Assembly: GCA_964396245.1 (NCBI GenBank)
Contig: CAYNEO010000004.1
Span: 72,402-136,401 of the forward strand
DNA: 64,000 nucleotides
DNA from: an uncultured Ignavibacteriales bacterium
GTDB taxonomy: Bacteria > Zixibacteria > MSB-5A5 > GN15 > FEB-12
Direction: 5' to 3'
Shown piece by piece: positions 23,695-32,777 of this stretch. How positions within the stretch are numbered: position 1 is the stretch's first letter; the number at the start of each line of letters is the position of its first letter. The translations under genes were made by a program, and so were the position numbers. The notes under the pieces are model-generated. The model made no database searches and was not told the origin of the DNA. It was given only the letters and a program-made list of their open reading frames with translations.

Positions 23695-23913
23695 TCAGCT
23701 TTTCTTCGCGTATCCCACATAAAACGCATAGCGCGCCAGTGCGAACACCGGCACCATAAGGATCAGAAACCACGGCGTCCGGCCCTGGACGAAGTCCGAG
23801 ATAATCATCCCGATCCAGACCAGTCCGACAAGGATTAATGTCGCGCGATTGGCGAGCAGCCAGTTGGTCCGTTGACGCTCGTCCATCCCGAGAGCATCCA
23901 TTTCGCTTTTCAT
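23695..23913 (-). CDS. small two-TM membrane protein downstream of the XRE regulator
   Basis: MKSEMDALGMDERQRTNWLLANRATLILVGLVWIGMIISDF... The ATG lies 4 nt after the stop of the HTH gene. Confidence 0.55.
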   Translation of the reverse strand: MKSEMDALGMDERQRTNWLLANRATLILVGLVWIGMIISDFVQGRTPWFLILMVPVFALARYAFYVGYAKKS

Positions 23914-23917
23914 AACC

Positions 23918-24148
23918 TCACTCCTCCACCAGCTCAAACAGGTCATCCACACGCATCCCGAGCTCGCGCGCGATGCGGAACGCCAGGACTGCCGAGGGTG
24001 CATAGCGGCCCTTCTCGATAGCCAGGATTGTCTGCCGTCGGACACCGACCCGGTTGGCCAGATCCTCCTGCGTCATATCGAGCCGCGCCCGGTGCTGCTT
24101 GATATGGTTGATGAGATTTTCGGCCACCTGATATCCTCTATAAGTCAT
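23918..24148 (-). CDS. XRE-family helix-turn-helix transcriptional regulator
   Basis: 76 aa. LDMTQEDLANRVGVRRQTILAIEKGRYAPS is a canonical Cro/C1-type HTH. Confidence 0.85.
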   Translation of the reverse strand: MTYRGYQVAENLINHIKQHRARLDMTQEDLANRVGVRRQTILAIEKGRYAPSAVLAFRIARELGMRVDDLFELVEE

Positions 24149-24153
24149 CTTTT

Positions 24154-24170
24154 CCTTACATAAGGTAAGG
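24154..24170. promoter_or_regulatory. palindrome overlapping the SD of the XRE gene
   Basis: CCTTAC-ataag-GTAAGG (also CCTTA-ca-TAAGG), 6-22 nt upstream of start codon 24148. Confidence 0.4.
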
Positions 24171-24280
24171 TATAGGCTACATTATGTCAAGTATAGAAGA
24201 CTCATCAGGTTCGAGTGTATCGCAGACTTAACTGGCGCGATAAAAATAAGTCGCTTTTATAGTTGGTCGGTATAAGCCAC

Positions 24281-24363
24281 AAAAAAGGGCGGCGCACGAT
24301 TACAGGCCGAGGCGCAAGCACACAAGACACCTGCAGCCAATCGCCGCGCCGCCGTCTTTTTTT
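24281..24363. terminator. long hairpin flanked by A6 and T7 (bidirectional terminator-like)
   Basis: GGCGGCGC..CGATT pairs with AATCG..GCGCCGCC across about 40 nt. It lies downstream of yraN (minus strand). Confidence 0.5.
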
Positions 24364-24531
24364 ACGTTCGAAATTGATCTGTTCCTGCCTTCACTCCCTG
24401 AATACACACACAAGTACACAAAGACTACGCAGGAAATCGCGGTGCTCTTTTAGGTATTAATAGTATCGGTTCTCTACCGTAGAGTAATAAGGCGATGATC
24501 AAAAATCAAGCGGCCTTTTGACAGACAGGGG

Positions 24532-24909
24532 TCACTCGGCGGGGAAGGCGTTGGGGTAGTGTTCCATCTTGCCTTCGAAGAAAGTCACGACATCGAAGCG
24601 CATATCGCAGTCCTCGACGTTTTTTTGCACCACGTACTGTTTGGCGGCATCGGTCAGGTTGCGTATTTTCGTAGCGTCGACCTTGTGAGCCGGGTGCCCG
24701 AACTCATTGGTTGCCGCCGACTTGACCTCCACAAAAACGATCTTGTCGCCTTTGCGGGCGATCAGGTCAATCTCCTTGTGTCCCGCGCGCCAGTTCTTTT
24801 CGAGAATTTCAAAGCCGTTGCGTTCGTAAAAGCGGGCGGCCACATCTTCGAACCGTCGGCCGCGCTCCTGGCGGTTGGGTCGTCGTCTGTCTCGGTTAGA
24901 AGAGGACAT
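24532..24909 (-). CDS. yraN: YraN family endonuclease (UPF0102)
   Basis: GFEILEKNWRAGHKEIDLIARKGDKIVFVEVKS is the canonical YraN core. Confidence 0.85.
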   Translation of the reverse strand: MSSSNRDRRRPNRQERGRRFEDVAARFYERNGFEILEKNWRAGHKEIDLIARKGDKIVFVEVKSAATNEFGHPAHKVDATKIRNLTDAAKQYVVQKNVEDCDMRFDVVTFFEGKMEHYPNAFPAE

Positions 24910-25552
24910 ACTGATTCAGGATTTCGGCCACCGGTCGAAAGGTTTTGCGGTGAATTTCGCACGGGCCGTTCTCTCTCAATTCGATCAGGTGTTTCGGTGT
25001 CGTGTAGCCCTTGTGCGAACTGAATGTAAACTGCGGGTACATATCTTCGTACCTGTCCATGATCCGATCGCGCGTGACCTTGGCCACGATAGACGCCGCC
25101 GCCACCGCCTTGCAGCGACCGTCGCCCTCGACCACCGCCATCTGCGGCTGCGTGATCTGCGGAACCGTGTAGATGCCGTCCACCAGGATGAAGTCCGGGC
25201 GCGGCTGCAATCCGCTAATCGCCTTACGCATCGCCAGCAGGGAGGCTTTCAGGATGTTGATCCGGTCGATAGTGATATGATCGATTATGCCGACCGCGCA
25301 TGGTATCTCGAGTTGCATGATCTCTTCGAAAATGCGCTCGCGCACCTCCTCGGTCAGCACTTTTGAATCTCCGAGACCGTCGATTTCGATATCCTCGGGG
25401 AGAATCACCGCCGCCGCCACCACCGGACCGGCCAGGGGACCACGCCCGGCTTCATCGACGCCGCAGATCATACGGTAGGATTTTTCCCTGAGTTTCTGCT
25501 CGATATCGGAGAAATCGACCATGAATGCCTGTTCTCTGTCGTATAAAGTCAC
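24896..25552 (-). CDS. rnhB: ribonuclease HII
   Basis: ICGVDEAGRGPLAGPVVAAAV, and DSK in GLGDSKVLT. Start is GTG 25552, or alternatively ATG 25522. Confidence 0.92.
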   Translation of the reverse strand: MTLYDREQAFMVDFSDIEQKLREKSYRMICGVDEAGRGPLAGPVVAAAVILPEDIEIDGLGDSKVLTEEVRERIFEEIMQLEIPCAVGIIDHITIDRINILKASLLAMRKAISGLQPRPDFILVDGIYTVPQITQPQMAVVEGDGRCKAVAAASIVAKVTRDRIMDRYEDMYPQFTFSSHKGYTTPKHLIELRENGPCEIHRKTFRPVAEILNQYVLF

Positions 25553-25694
25553 GTGCTTCTCCGTAGATACGCAATCGGAATGCGGGATTCAACTACTTTT
25601 TACCGGACATTGAGTATATCGACACCGCAAACCGCTTTATTTATCACGATTAATCCCGTATCATTTTCCTACCGCGAGACACGGAACCTACGCT

Positions 25695-26285
25695 ATGACG
25701 TCCAGAGGCAAACGACCGCAGTTTGAATTCGCTATCATCGCCGGCGAATTGAAGGGGAAGAAGATCGTTGCCCCCGATTTTGGCGGAACCCGACCGCCGC
25801 TGACCAGGCTGCGCAAGTCGATCTTTGATTTCCTTCAACCGTATCTGCCGGATGCACACTATCTCGACCTGTTCAGCGGCACCGGATCCTACCTGTTTGA
25901 GGCCGTTTCCCGCGGCGTGTCCGGAGCCGTGGGTGTGGAGATGGAGAAACGCCTCGCCGAATCGATCAACAGCCAGGCGCAGAAATTCGGTGTGGTCGGC
26001 AGACTCACCTGCCTGGTCGGCGATGTCTTCGAAGTTGTCCCTCGACTCGAGCAGCAGAGGGAGAAGTTCGACATCGTGATGATTGCACCGCCTCAGTACC
26101 AGGGACTCGTGGATCGCACGCTGGCTACTCTCGCGGAACACCCTGTTTTGACCGATGACGGTTTGATAATCTGCCAGCATGATTCGTCGGAAACGCGACG
26201 TATTGATTTTTCCGCATTTGAAATTCTCCAGCAACGGAAGTACGGCAACACGACCTTCACCGTCCTCGCCGAATCAAGACGCTGA
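25695..26285 (+). CDS. rsmD: RsmD-like 16S rRNA (guanine-N2)-methyltransferase
   Basis: TRPPLTRLRKSIFDFL and DLFSGTGSYLFEAVSRG (SAM motif I). Motif IV reads IAPPQY instead of DPPF/Y. Confidence 0.75.
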   Translation: MTSRGKRPQFEFAIIAGELKGKKIVAPDFGGTRPPLTRLRKSIFDFLQPYLPDAHYLDLFSGTGSYLFEAVSRGVSGAVGVEMEKRLAESINSQAQKFGVVGRLTCLVGDVFEVVPRLEQQREKFDIVMIAPPQYQGLVDRTLATLAEHPVLTDDGLIICQHDSSETRRIDFSAFEILQQRKYGNTTFTVLAESRR

Positions 26286-26320
26286 AGACGGAACAGCATC
26301 GCTCTCGACCGCTTCAATTG

Positions 26321-26689
26321 TCAGGCCTTCTTATCCTCAAGCGCAGATTTCTTCGCAATCATGTCGAGCAGTAATTGACGGAACGGCGAGAGATGGCAGT
26401 CGGTGGTGCACTGAGATAATCTGCCGAGATGGACACAGTGACCGGTACACGGCGAAGGCGCGGTCGAAGAGGGAGGGGGAATAGGCTCCTCGATTCTCTC
26501 TGCGAACTCGGAGACGCTCATCGCAAAGGTGGTGTCGCACCCCGTGAGTCGGTGCTGAAAAAAGTAATACGCCTGGATTCGCTTGTCGTCAATGCACAGC
26601 ATGCCGAGCGGATGGACGGCGGGGTCGGTCAGAATGTCTTCGAGCGTGAACCAGGTTCCGCAGGTTGTGCATTGTTTAAGCTTTTCCAT
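26321..26689 (-). CDS. hypothetical Cys-rich protein
   Basis: 122 aa. N-terminal CTTC plus C-terminal CTGHC...C..DC clusters. No family recognised. Confidence 0.45.
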   Translation of the reverse strand: MEKLKQCTTCGTWFTLEDILTDPAVHPLGMLCIDDKRIQAYYFFQHRLTGCDTTFAMSVSEFAERIEEPIPPPSSTAPSPCTGHCVHLGRLSQCTTDCHLSPFRQLLLDMIAKKSALEDKKA

Positions 26690-26800
26690 AGCAGTATGTC
26701 AGCCGCCCTTTGTGGTGTAAGCATCTGTCGGCTTTATGCTTAAGTATCGGCGGGAGTCCGGCTTTCCTGAACGGACCGCCCTATCCGGCGCAAATCAGGC

Positions 26801-26836
26801 AAAAAAACACCCGACCGGTGAAATCCCCGGCCGGGT
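26801..26836 (-). terminator. intrinsic terminator after rplS
   Basis: On the minus strand: ACCCGGCCGG-ggatttca-CCGGTCGGGT followed by T7. Confidence 0.75.
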
Positions 26837-26859
26837 ATACAATTGCATTCGGGAGGCCG

Positions 26860-27291
26860 TTATTCTTTCGCTTCGGTCTCAGTTGCTTCGGTTTCCGTCT
26901 TTTCAGCCTTCTGGTTGTTTTCCTTGGCCGAAGAAACGTTGTTGGATTCGGTCAGCTGCTCCTTGATACGGGCAGACTTACCGGTGAGCTCCCGAAGATA
27001 GTATAGTTTGTTGCGTCTGACCTGTCCGGCCCGAACGCGCTCGATTTTGTCGATATTCGGCGAAAAAAGAGGGAAGACACGCTCCACGCCGATACCGGAG
27101 GAAATCTTCCTTACGGTAAACGTGGCGCCGGTTCCGCTCCCGCGACGGCCTATCACGGTACCCTGGAATACCTGGATACGCTCTTTGTCACCTTCTTTGA
27201 TCTTGTAATGCACGCGCACCGTATCCCCGGATGCAAAATGTGGATAGTCGTCGCGCTCGAAGGCCTTCTCAATTTGCGCTATCCGTTTCAT
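26860..27291 (-). CDS. rplS: 50S ribosomal protein L19 (with charged C-terminal extension)
   Basis: [35 protein letters not shown]... is the L19 core. The tail is ...[16 protein letters not shown]. Confidence 0.93.
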   Translation of the reverse strand: MKRIAQIEKAFERDDYPHFASGDTVRVHYKIKEGDKERIQVFQGTVIGRRGSGTGATFTVRKISSGIGVERVFPLFSPNIDKIERVRAGQVRRNKLYYLRELTGKSARIKEQLTESNNVSSAKENNQKAEKTETEATETEAKE

Positions 27292-27310
27292 CTCAGGATC
27301 CTTTCTATTG

Positions 27311-28075
27311 TCAATTCTCGTTTCTATTTCTCTTCAATCTATCAACAAGCTCTGCCTCGTCTTCACTCAAATCGGCCGTATCGAGTAATTCCGGGCGTCT
27401 TTCGACACATTTCCTGATCGCCTCGATACGACGATACTCTCTTATTTCGGCATGATTTCCCGAGAGTAGAATCTCCGGTACTTTCAACCCTTCGTACTCG
27501 GCCGGCTTCGTGTAGGTCGGCGCCCCGAGCATCTGATTCATGAACGAATCTTCCAGCGCCGACTCGAAATTGCCGAGCACCTTCGGCATCAGCCGCGCGA
27601 CCGCGTCAACGACGACTGCCGCCGCCGGCTCACCGCCGGTAAGGATGTAATCACCGATGGAGACTTCCTCGATGTCGTACAGGTCGAGAATGCGTTCGTC
27701 GACGCCGAGGTAGTGTCCACAGATGATGGTGAGCCGTTCGCACAGCGAGTATTCAATTGCCCGTCTCTCGTTCAACAGGTCGCCAGCGGCCGAGGTCAAG
27801 AGCAACCGGCCGTTCCCGCTTCCCGATTTTCGATCGGCGCGGCGCCGATACCCGAGCGATTGCAGGCACCGGTCGAGCGGCTCAACCTTCAGGACCATCC
27901 CGCCGCCACCTCCATACGGTGTGTCATCGACCGTCCGGTGTTTGTCGGTGGCGAAATCCCGAAGGTTTATGATTTGGATGTCAAAGAGCTTCTTTTCCCA
28001 CGCTTTCCCGACCAGCGACTGCTTCAACGACAGCGTGAAATAATCCGGGAAAAGCGTTACAATCTCAAATTTCAT
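27311..28075 (-). CDS. trmD: tRNA (guanine37-N1)-methyltransferase
   Basis: [13 protein letters not shown]..., [18 protein letters not shown] 28075 lies inside the tracked ORF. Confidence 0.93.
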   Translation of the reverse strand: MKFEIVTLFPDYFTLSLKQSLVGKAWEKKLFDIQIINLRDFATDKHRTVDDTPYGGGGGMVLKVEPLDRCLQSLGYRRRADRKSGSGNGRLLLTSAAGDLLNERRAIEYSLCERLTIICGHYLGVDERILDLYDIEEVSIGDYILTGGEPAAAVVVDAVARLMPKVLGNFESALEDSFMNQMLGAPTYTKPAEYEGLKVPEILLSGNHAEIREYRRIEAIRKCVERRPELLDTADLSEDEAELVDRLKRNRNEN

Positions 28076-28089
28076 TTTCCAACCGCGGG

Positions 28090-28611
28090 TCAATCACCTT
28101 CGATCAACCCCGCCGTATCGATCACGATCTTTTTCGCTTCGATATTCACCTGCTTGACGAACTGGTGAATCGCGGGCAGCAACATCTGCCGACCGTCGGT
28201 CATCTTCACCACGTACACATCGTTCGCCGGGTAAGTCCTCACTTCGGCCACCTCGCCGATTTGGACGTCGGAGGCGTCGTACACCAGGCATCCGGTCAGA
28301 TCGAATATGTAGTACGCGCCTTCAGGCAGCGGTACGGCTTCCGACCTCGCAACCGCCAGGTCACGATTGGTCATCCGTTCGGCGTCCTCGAGGTTGTCGA
28401 CACCCTCGAACTTGAGGACCGGCCTGCCCGAGATCAATCGGGCCGACTCCAGCTTCCATCTCCGCCAGGTACCCTGAACATTAACAAATATTTCCCTGAG
28501 ACCGATAAATCGGTCCGGGAAATCGGTCAGCGGCGTGACAAAGAGCTCTCCGTTAACGCCCCTCGTTTTGCCCAGCGTCCCAACCGTGATGTAAACGTCT
28601 TCAGTACCCAC
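28090..28611 (-). CDS. rimM: 16S rRNA processing protein RimM
   Basis: ITVGTLGKTRGVNGELFV plus a PRC-barrel C-terminus. Conserved operon position. Confidence 0.9.
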   Translation of the reverse strand: MGTEDVYITVGTLGKTRGVNGELFVTPLTDFPDRFIGLREIFVNVQGTWRRWKLESARLISGRPVLKFEGVDNLEDAERMTNRDLAVARSEAVPLPEGAYYIFDLTGCLVYDASDVQIGEVAEVRTYPANDVYVVKMTDGRQMLLPAIHQFVKQVNIEAKKIVIDTAGLIEGD

Positions 28612-28842
28612 CTATTCCAGAATCTCGAGGACGGCCCGCTTGCCCCGTCGGGCGGCAACGGCGGACAAGAGTGTCCGAATCGATTTGGCCGTCTGTCCGT
28701 TTTTGCCAATCACCTTGCCGAGGTCACCTTGACCCACACGCAATTCAAAGACGGTCGTGCGACTTCCTTCCACTTCGTTCACCACCACATCTTCCGGTTG
28801 ATCGACCAGCGCCTTGACGATGAACTCAATGAACTCTTTCAT
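28612..28842 (-). CDS. KH domain RNA-binding protein (YlqC/UPF0109)
   Basis: [21 protein letters not shown] carries the KH GXXG motif. 76 aa, located between rpsP and rimM. Confidence 0.88.
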   Translation of the reverse strand: MKEFIEFIVKALVDQPEDVVVNEVEGSRTTVFELRVGQGDLGKVIGKNGQTAKSIRTLLSAVAARRGKRAVLEILE

Positions 28843-28947
28843 GGGACGAATCCTTTCCGATGGTCAGTCTCTTTTTTCGGTACCGCAGGTAAATCAGCCC
28901 ATTTGACCACAAGTGGACAATTCGTCACAAGGTGAAAACTTGCCGGC

Positions 28948-29370
28948 TCATTCGGATTGCGCTTCTTCGGACTTCTCCTCCGATTCACCTTCCGCCGGCT
29001 CGGCGGTCTCTTCTGCGACGGTGACCGTCGCCTTCTTCATCTTGCGCGTCTTCTTTTTCCGCTCGGTGATAGTCGTCCTCAGCGTGACCTCCGAGACATC
29101 CTCGCCTTTTTTCGCTTTCAGGTATTTCTCGGTGAACCCGATCTGGGTCAGCAGCGAACCGACCGTATCGCTGGGAATCGCGCCGTCGTCGAGCCACTTC
29201 GTGAGCTTATCCTCGGCGACAGTGACTTCCGCCGGTTTCGTGATCGGGTTGTAGGTCCCGACAATCTCCAGAAAGCGACCGTCACGAGAGCGCCGGGAAT
29301 CCGCGGCGACAATCCGGTAGAACGGGCGTTTCTTGGCTCCCATTCGTTTCAAACGCAGGTGAACAGCCAA
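28948..29370 (-). CDS. rpsP: 30S ribosomal protein S16 (with ~60-aa C-terminal extension)
   Basis: [35 protein letters not shown] is the S16 core. The tail is lysine/acid rich. Confidence 0.93.
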   Translation of the reverse strand: MAVHLRLKRMGAKKRPFYRIVAADSRRSRDGRFLEIVGTYNPITKPAEVTVAEDKLTKWLDDGAIPSDTVGSLLTQIGFTEKYLKAKKGEDVSEVTLRTTITERKKKTRKMKKATVTVAEETAEPAEGESEEKSEEAQSE

Positions 29371-29397
29371 TCGACTTTTCCTCCTTCTCAGGATCGC

Positions 29398-30720
29398 CTA
29401 GAATGGCAACATGCCCTTGGGCAATCCCTTGAGTTTATTCTTACCTAAATTACTGAACATTTTCTGCATGGCGGCAAACTGCTTCAGCAGCTGGTTGACT
29501 GCCTGTACGGAATTGCCGGATCCTTCCGCGATCCGCCGCTTCCGAGAACCGTTTATTATACTCGGATGCTGCCGTTCCTCGACCGTCATGGATTTGATGA
29601 TCGCGGCCATCCGCTCAACTTCCTTTTCATCGACCTGCACGCCTTTCAGCGCCTTGCCCACTCCCGGCACCATTCCGAGAATCGATTCGAGCGGCCCCAT
29701 CTTCTTGAGCTGTTCCATCTGCTCCAGAAAGTCCTCGAAGTCGAAACTCGCCTTGAGAATCTTCTCCTGCATTTTCTGGGCCTTCTCCATGTCGATCGTT
29801 TCCTCTGCCTTTTCGACAAGGGAAACGATATCGCCCATGCCCAGTATTCGGGAGGCCAGGCGGTCAGGGTGGAATGGCTCGAGATCTGATGGTTTTTCAC
29901 CCACCGACGCCAGCTTTATAGGACAGCCGGTAACCTGCCGAATCGAGAGCGCTGCGCCGCCGCGCGCGTCACCGTCCAGCTTGGACAGCGCCACACCGGT
30001 AACGCCCAATCGATCGTGAAATACCTGAGCGACATTGACCGCGTCCTGTCCGGTCATAGCGTCAGCTACCAGCAGGATTTCATCCGGCGTGACCAGTTTC
30101 TTGATCTCTTCCAACTCGGCCATCAACGCGTCGTCGATATGCAGCCGACCGGCGGTATCGAGAATGACCAGATCGATAAAATTTTTCCCCGCGTACTTCA
30201 CTGCCTCTTTACAGATCTCGGGCGGCTTCTTGCCTTCGAGATAAAATGTCTCGACGTCGATCTGGCTGCCCAGTGTCTGCAACTGCTTGACCGCCGCGGG
30301 ACGATAAATGTCGGCGGCTACCAATAGCGGCTTTTTGTTTTTCCGTTTAGTCATCAGGGCAATCTTGCCGGCCAATGTCGTCTTACCGGAGCCCTGAAGG
30401 CCGCAGATCATGTATACGGTCGGGTTCTTGTCTATGGGTGCGAGTGGTTCGGTCTTGCCGCCCAGCAGTTCGACCAGTTCGTCGTGCACGATCTTGATAA
30501 TCATCTGACCGGGCTCGATCGACTGCAGAACTTCGGTACCAATTGCTTTTTCCTGAACCGACTTAACGAAGTCGCGGGCGACCTTGTAGTTGACATCGGC
30601 TTCCAGAAGCGCCTGGCGGACCTCGCGCATGGCGTCCTTGATATTCTTCTCGGACAGCTTGCCGGCGCCGCGAAGCTTCTTGAATACCGATTCTAATTTG
30701 TCACTCAGCGCGTCAAACAT
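29398..30720 (-). CDS. ffh: signal recognition particle protein Ffh
   Basis: MFDALSDKLESVFKKLRG, GLQGSGKTT, DTAGR, and a Met-rich M domain. ATG 30720 lies inside the tracked ORF. Confidence 0.95.
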   Translation of the reverse strand: MFDALSDKLESVFKKLRGAGKLSEKNIKDAMREVRQALLEADVNYKVARDFVKSVQEKAIGTEVLQSIEPGQMIIKIVHDELVELLGGKTEPLAPIDKNPTVYMICGLQGSGKTTLAGKIALMTKRKNKKPLLVAADIYRPAAVKQLQTLGSQIDVETFYLEGKKPPEICKEAVKYAGKNFIDLVILDTAGRLHIDDALMAELEEIKKLVTPDEILLVADAMTGQDAVNVAQVFHDRLGVTGVALSKLDGDARGGAALSIRQVTGCPIKLASVGEKPSDLEPFHPDRLASRILGMGDIVSLVEKAEETIDMEKAQKMQEKILKASFDFEDFLEQMEQLKKMGPLESILGMVPGVGKALKGVQVDEKEVERMAAIIKSMTVEERQHPSIINGSRKRRIAEGSGNSVQAVNQLLKQFAAMQKMFSNLGKNKLKGLPKGMLPF

Positions 30721-30938
30721 CGTAATTCCAATAACAAAAACCGGAGCCGGTCGATACCAGGCCCCAAAAAAAGCTATACTTCTCCCGCCGGTCAAACGCT
30801 CAAAAACGCTCCACCGGGGCCAAGTAATATATCAAAAACACCAGATTAGGCAAGGGGTTTATTGAGTTACGCCGGAATCGAGCGGGCGGTTCGCAGGCGC
30901 CCGATTCCTCTGTCCCGCAACCGGTTCAGACATGCATA

Positions 30939-31811
30939 TCAGGTTGACAGCGGCTTCAGGTACTTCTCCAGCCAGGCCTTGCGATATCGGTCGATTTCCT
31001 TGTACGAGCCGTCCTTCAGCGCTACGTGACCGCCCCCTTCAATTATCTTGAATTCGTGCGGTATGCCGTGCTTCTCGAGTTGTTTCACCAGTAGCTTCGA
31101 TTGCTCGATGGGCACCACCCTGTCGTTGGACCCATGCATGATAAGTATCGGTATTTGAGGCAGTTGACCGGCAAGATCGATTATCGAGAGGCGTCGGAGT
31201 TCGACTTCCCGGTCTTCGGCGCACAGGTTATCGAATTTCTGATTGAGGTATTCACGGAATTCATTCTTTGTATCACACAGTCTCAGGACGTCCGTAATCC
31301 CGGCATGCACGATAGCGCACTTGAAACGGTCCTCTTTCAGTAAAGCCCGGTAGGTGACCAATCCGCCGCGACTTGCCCCCTCCACCGCTACCCGGCTCAT
31401 GTCACACTCCGGGGTATTTTTCGCTACTTTGAGCAAGTTTAGCGAATCATCGAGGTCTTTTCCGCCCCAATCTTCCTTCCCCTCGCTTCCCTTATTGCCC
31501 CGATACTGCGAGCCGATAACCACATATCCCCACACGGCCGTGGATGCCAGAATAAGGAAAGCGGTCATGTCATCGAGCGCACCGCGGTCGCCGGTGCCGC
31601 CCCGGTTCCAGATCAGCACCGGATATTCGCCCGGTTCCGACGGACGCGCCATGTAGCCATTGATCTTGAGGCCGTCCGACATGTAGGTAATTCGCTCGAG
31701 CACCGTCTGCTCGATAACGCGAAGACCGTACAGCTTCTTGACCTGAGCGGTAATAATGTGGCTGGGCTCAACCACCTGCGAATCGACTATGGTCCCGGAC
31801 TGTGGCGTCAT
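30939..31811 (-). CDS. alpha/beta hydrolase, S9 prolyl-oligopeptidase/dienelactone hydrolase-like
   Basis: Nucleophile elbow GASRGG, HGSNDRVVP and GGGHV segments. Confidence 0.7.
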   Translation of the reverse strand: MTPQSGTIVDSQVVEPSHIITAQVKKLYGLRVIEQTVLERITYMSDGLKINGYMARPSEPGEYPVLIWNRGGTGDRGALDDMTAFLILASTAVWGYVVIGSQYRGNKGSEGKEDWGGKDLDDSLNLLKVAKNTPECDMSRVAVEGASRGGLVTYRALLKEDRFKCAIVHAGITDVLRLCDTKNEFREYLNQKFDNLCAEDREVELRRLSIIDLAGQLPQIPILIMHGSNDRVVPIEQSKLLVKQLEKHGIPHEFKIIEGGGHVALKDGSYKEIDRYRKAWLEKYLKPLST

Positions 31812-31867
31812 CGGGACAGTCTAACTGATTGTGATTCAGATGTCAACGGGATGTAGACGGTGATGTG

Positions 31868-32677
31868 CTATTGGGTCGAACTGACAACCAGATCAATCTC
31901 GGTACCGACATCGAGCTCGGCCCCTTCCGGCTCGGATTGCTCGAGCACTGTTTCCGGAAGATAGTTCTCGTCGGTTCGGTAGCTGACCACGCCCAGCTTG
32001 AGAGACTTATTCTCGATCTCTTTCCTGGCCTCGGAAAGCGGCAATCCGACTACCTTCGGCATATATGTAAAGGTCGAAGCCCGACCCCGATTGACCATCA
32101 GATTGACCGGCGACCCGAGAGGCACCTCGGTTCCGGAAGCCGGGTATGAAAATACGACCACTCGTTCGGGAATAGTATCGGAGAACGCCCAGGCTATCTC
32201 GCCGAGCTCCAGACCCGCGGTTTCCAGGTCAAGCATGGCCTGGCGCACCGACAGGCCGTGCATCTCAGGAATGGCGATCATCTTTTTCCCCAGCGAAACG
32301 ACAAATTTGATCGTCCGCCCGGGCTTGACCATCGTCTCGGCGATGGGAAATTGTTGGAGGATGACACCCTCGGCTTTGCCGGGAGAATATTCCTGAGATG
32401 AAATCCCGTAGTCGAGTCCCAGCTCGCTCAGCTGCCCCTGCGTTTCCAGCACCGACCGGTCAACAAAATTCGGCAGGGCGAATTCTTCGCCGTGCCGCGT
32501 AACCATCGGCATTACCATCCGGTCGACAATAAGCACCGCAATGATTAAAGACAGAATCGGGATACCGGCATAGAAAGCAAGTTTCCGCTGGAGCGAACCA
32601 TACGGCAAATATTCCGTCAAAAATCCCGAGCGCTTCCGGTTCGAGCCCTGTAGTCGACTGGCCTGAGGTCTTGTCAT
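31868..32677 (-). CDS. PASTA domain-containing membrane protein
   Basis: Cytoplasmic N-terminus, one TM, then three PASTA-like repeats of about 65 aa. No kinase or transpeptidase domain. Confidence 0.7.
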   Translation of the reverse strand: MTRPQASRLQGSNRKRSGFLTEYLPYGSLQRKLAFYAGIPILSLIIAVLIVDRMVMPMVTRHGEEFALPNFVDRSVLETQGQLSELGLDYGISSQEYSPGKAEGVILQQFPIAETMVKPGRTIKFVVSLGKKMIAIPEMHGLSVRQAMLDLETAGLELGEIAWAFSDTIPERVVVFSYPASGTEVPLGSPVNLMVNRGRASTFTYMPKVVGLPLSEARKEIENKSLKLGVVSYRTDENYLPETVLEQSEPEGAELDVGTEIDLVVSSTQ

Positions 32678-32777
32678 ATCAACTGTTATACACGAATTTA
32701 GCTTCGAGTTTTATTTCTCGCGCCAACATTGAGAAATCCGTCGGCGAAATCAAGGTTTAATTGACGAGGCAATAGAA

